A DNA stretch of 64,000 nt from the NCBI GenBank assembly GCA_011109175.1, contig RDEW01000006.1, positions 967,232-1,031,231 of the forward strand, given 5' to 3'. Both the position numbers and the translations under genes were made by a program. The notes below the pieces were generated by a model. That model searched no databases, had not been told where the DNA came from, and saw nothing but the letters and a program-made list of their open reading frames with translations. Source of the DNA: Dicyema japonicum (Eukaryota > Animalia > Dicyemida). How positions within the stretch are numbered: position 1 is the stretch's first letter; every line of letters starts with the position of its first letter. Positions 63,821 to 64,000 of this stretch are shown here, piece after piece.

Positions 63821-64000
63821 CATGTCAAGTGAACAAACCTCTAAGTTACAAACTGTTGAATGGCAAAGAAGGAACTCTTGTACAATCAAAGAAAAACTTT
63901 CCGCATTAAAAAATTTGTCAGAGTGGAATGGAAACATTGCATTATCTTTCTTCTCAATTCATTTATGTTGAGTTGTATGTTGAAAAGAGATTTCGCTGGT

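Overview
AT-rich animal nuclear DNA with compact gene islands in a sea of decayed transposable elements. The host genes I could reconstruct are split by ultra-short GT-AG introns: 27 counted by hand in five genes are all 21-27 nt. Together with an intronless SoxB gene, this best fits a dicyemid (Rhombozoa) or a similarly reduced parasitic metazoan (inference). Host genes: two tandem papain-family cathepsin L-like genes (one intact, one with three 1-nt run deficits), cathepsin pseudogene fragments, and a fourth copy encoding only signal peptide plus I29 inhibitor propeptide. Also SoxB, a divergent PP2A-type catalytic subunit, SSRP1, Tim13, a DUF4795/QRICH2-like coiled-coil gene and a HAD pseudouridine-5'-phosphatase. 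The remainder is mostly RTE, APE-type (Jockey/I-like), CRE-type and R4-like non-LTR retrotransposons, a tRNA-derived SINE family, and hAT, Tc1 and pogo DNA transposons, including a five-level nested insertion at 17.5-26.1 kb. Best candidates for novelty: a protease plus propeptide-only inhibitor gene set; rapid mature-domain divergence of the cathepsins; a PP2A-like enzyme with the Cys269Ser toxin-loop change and a C-terminal Met instead of the invariant Leu; and a length-defined micro-intron system. No rRNA, genuine tRNA gene or CRISPR array was found.
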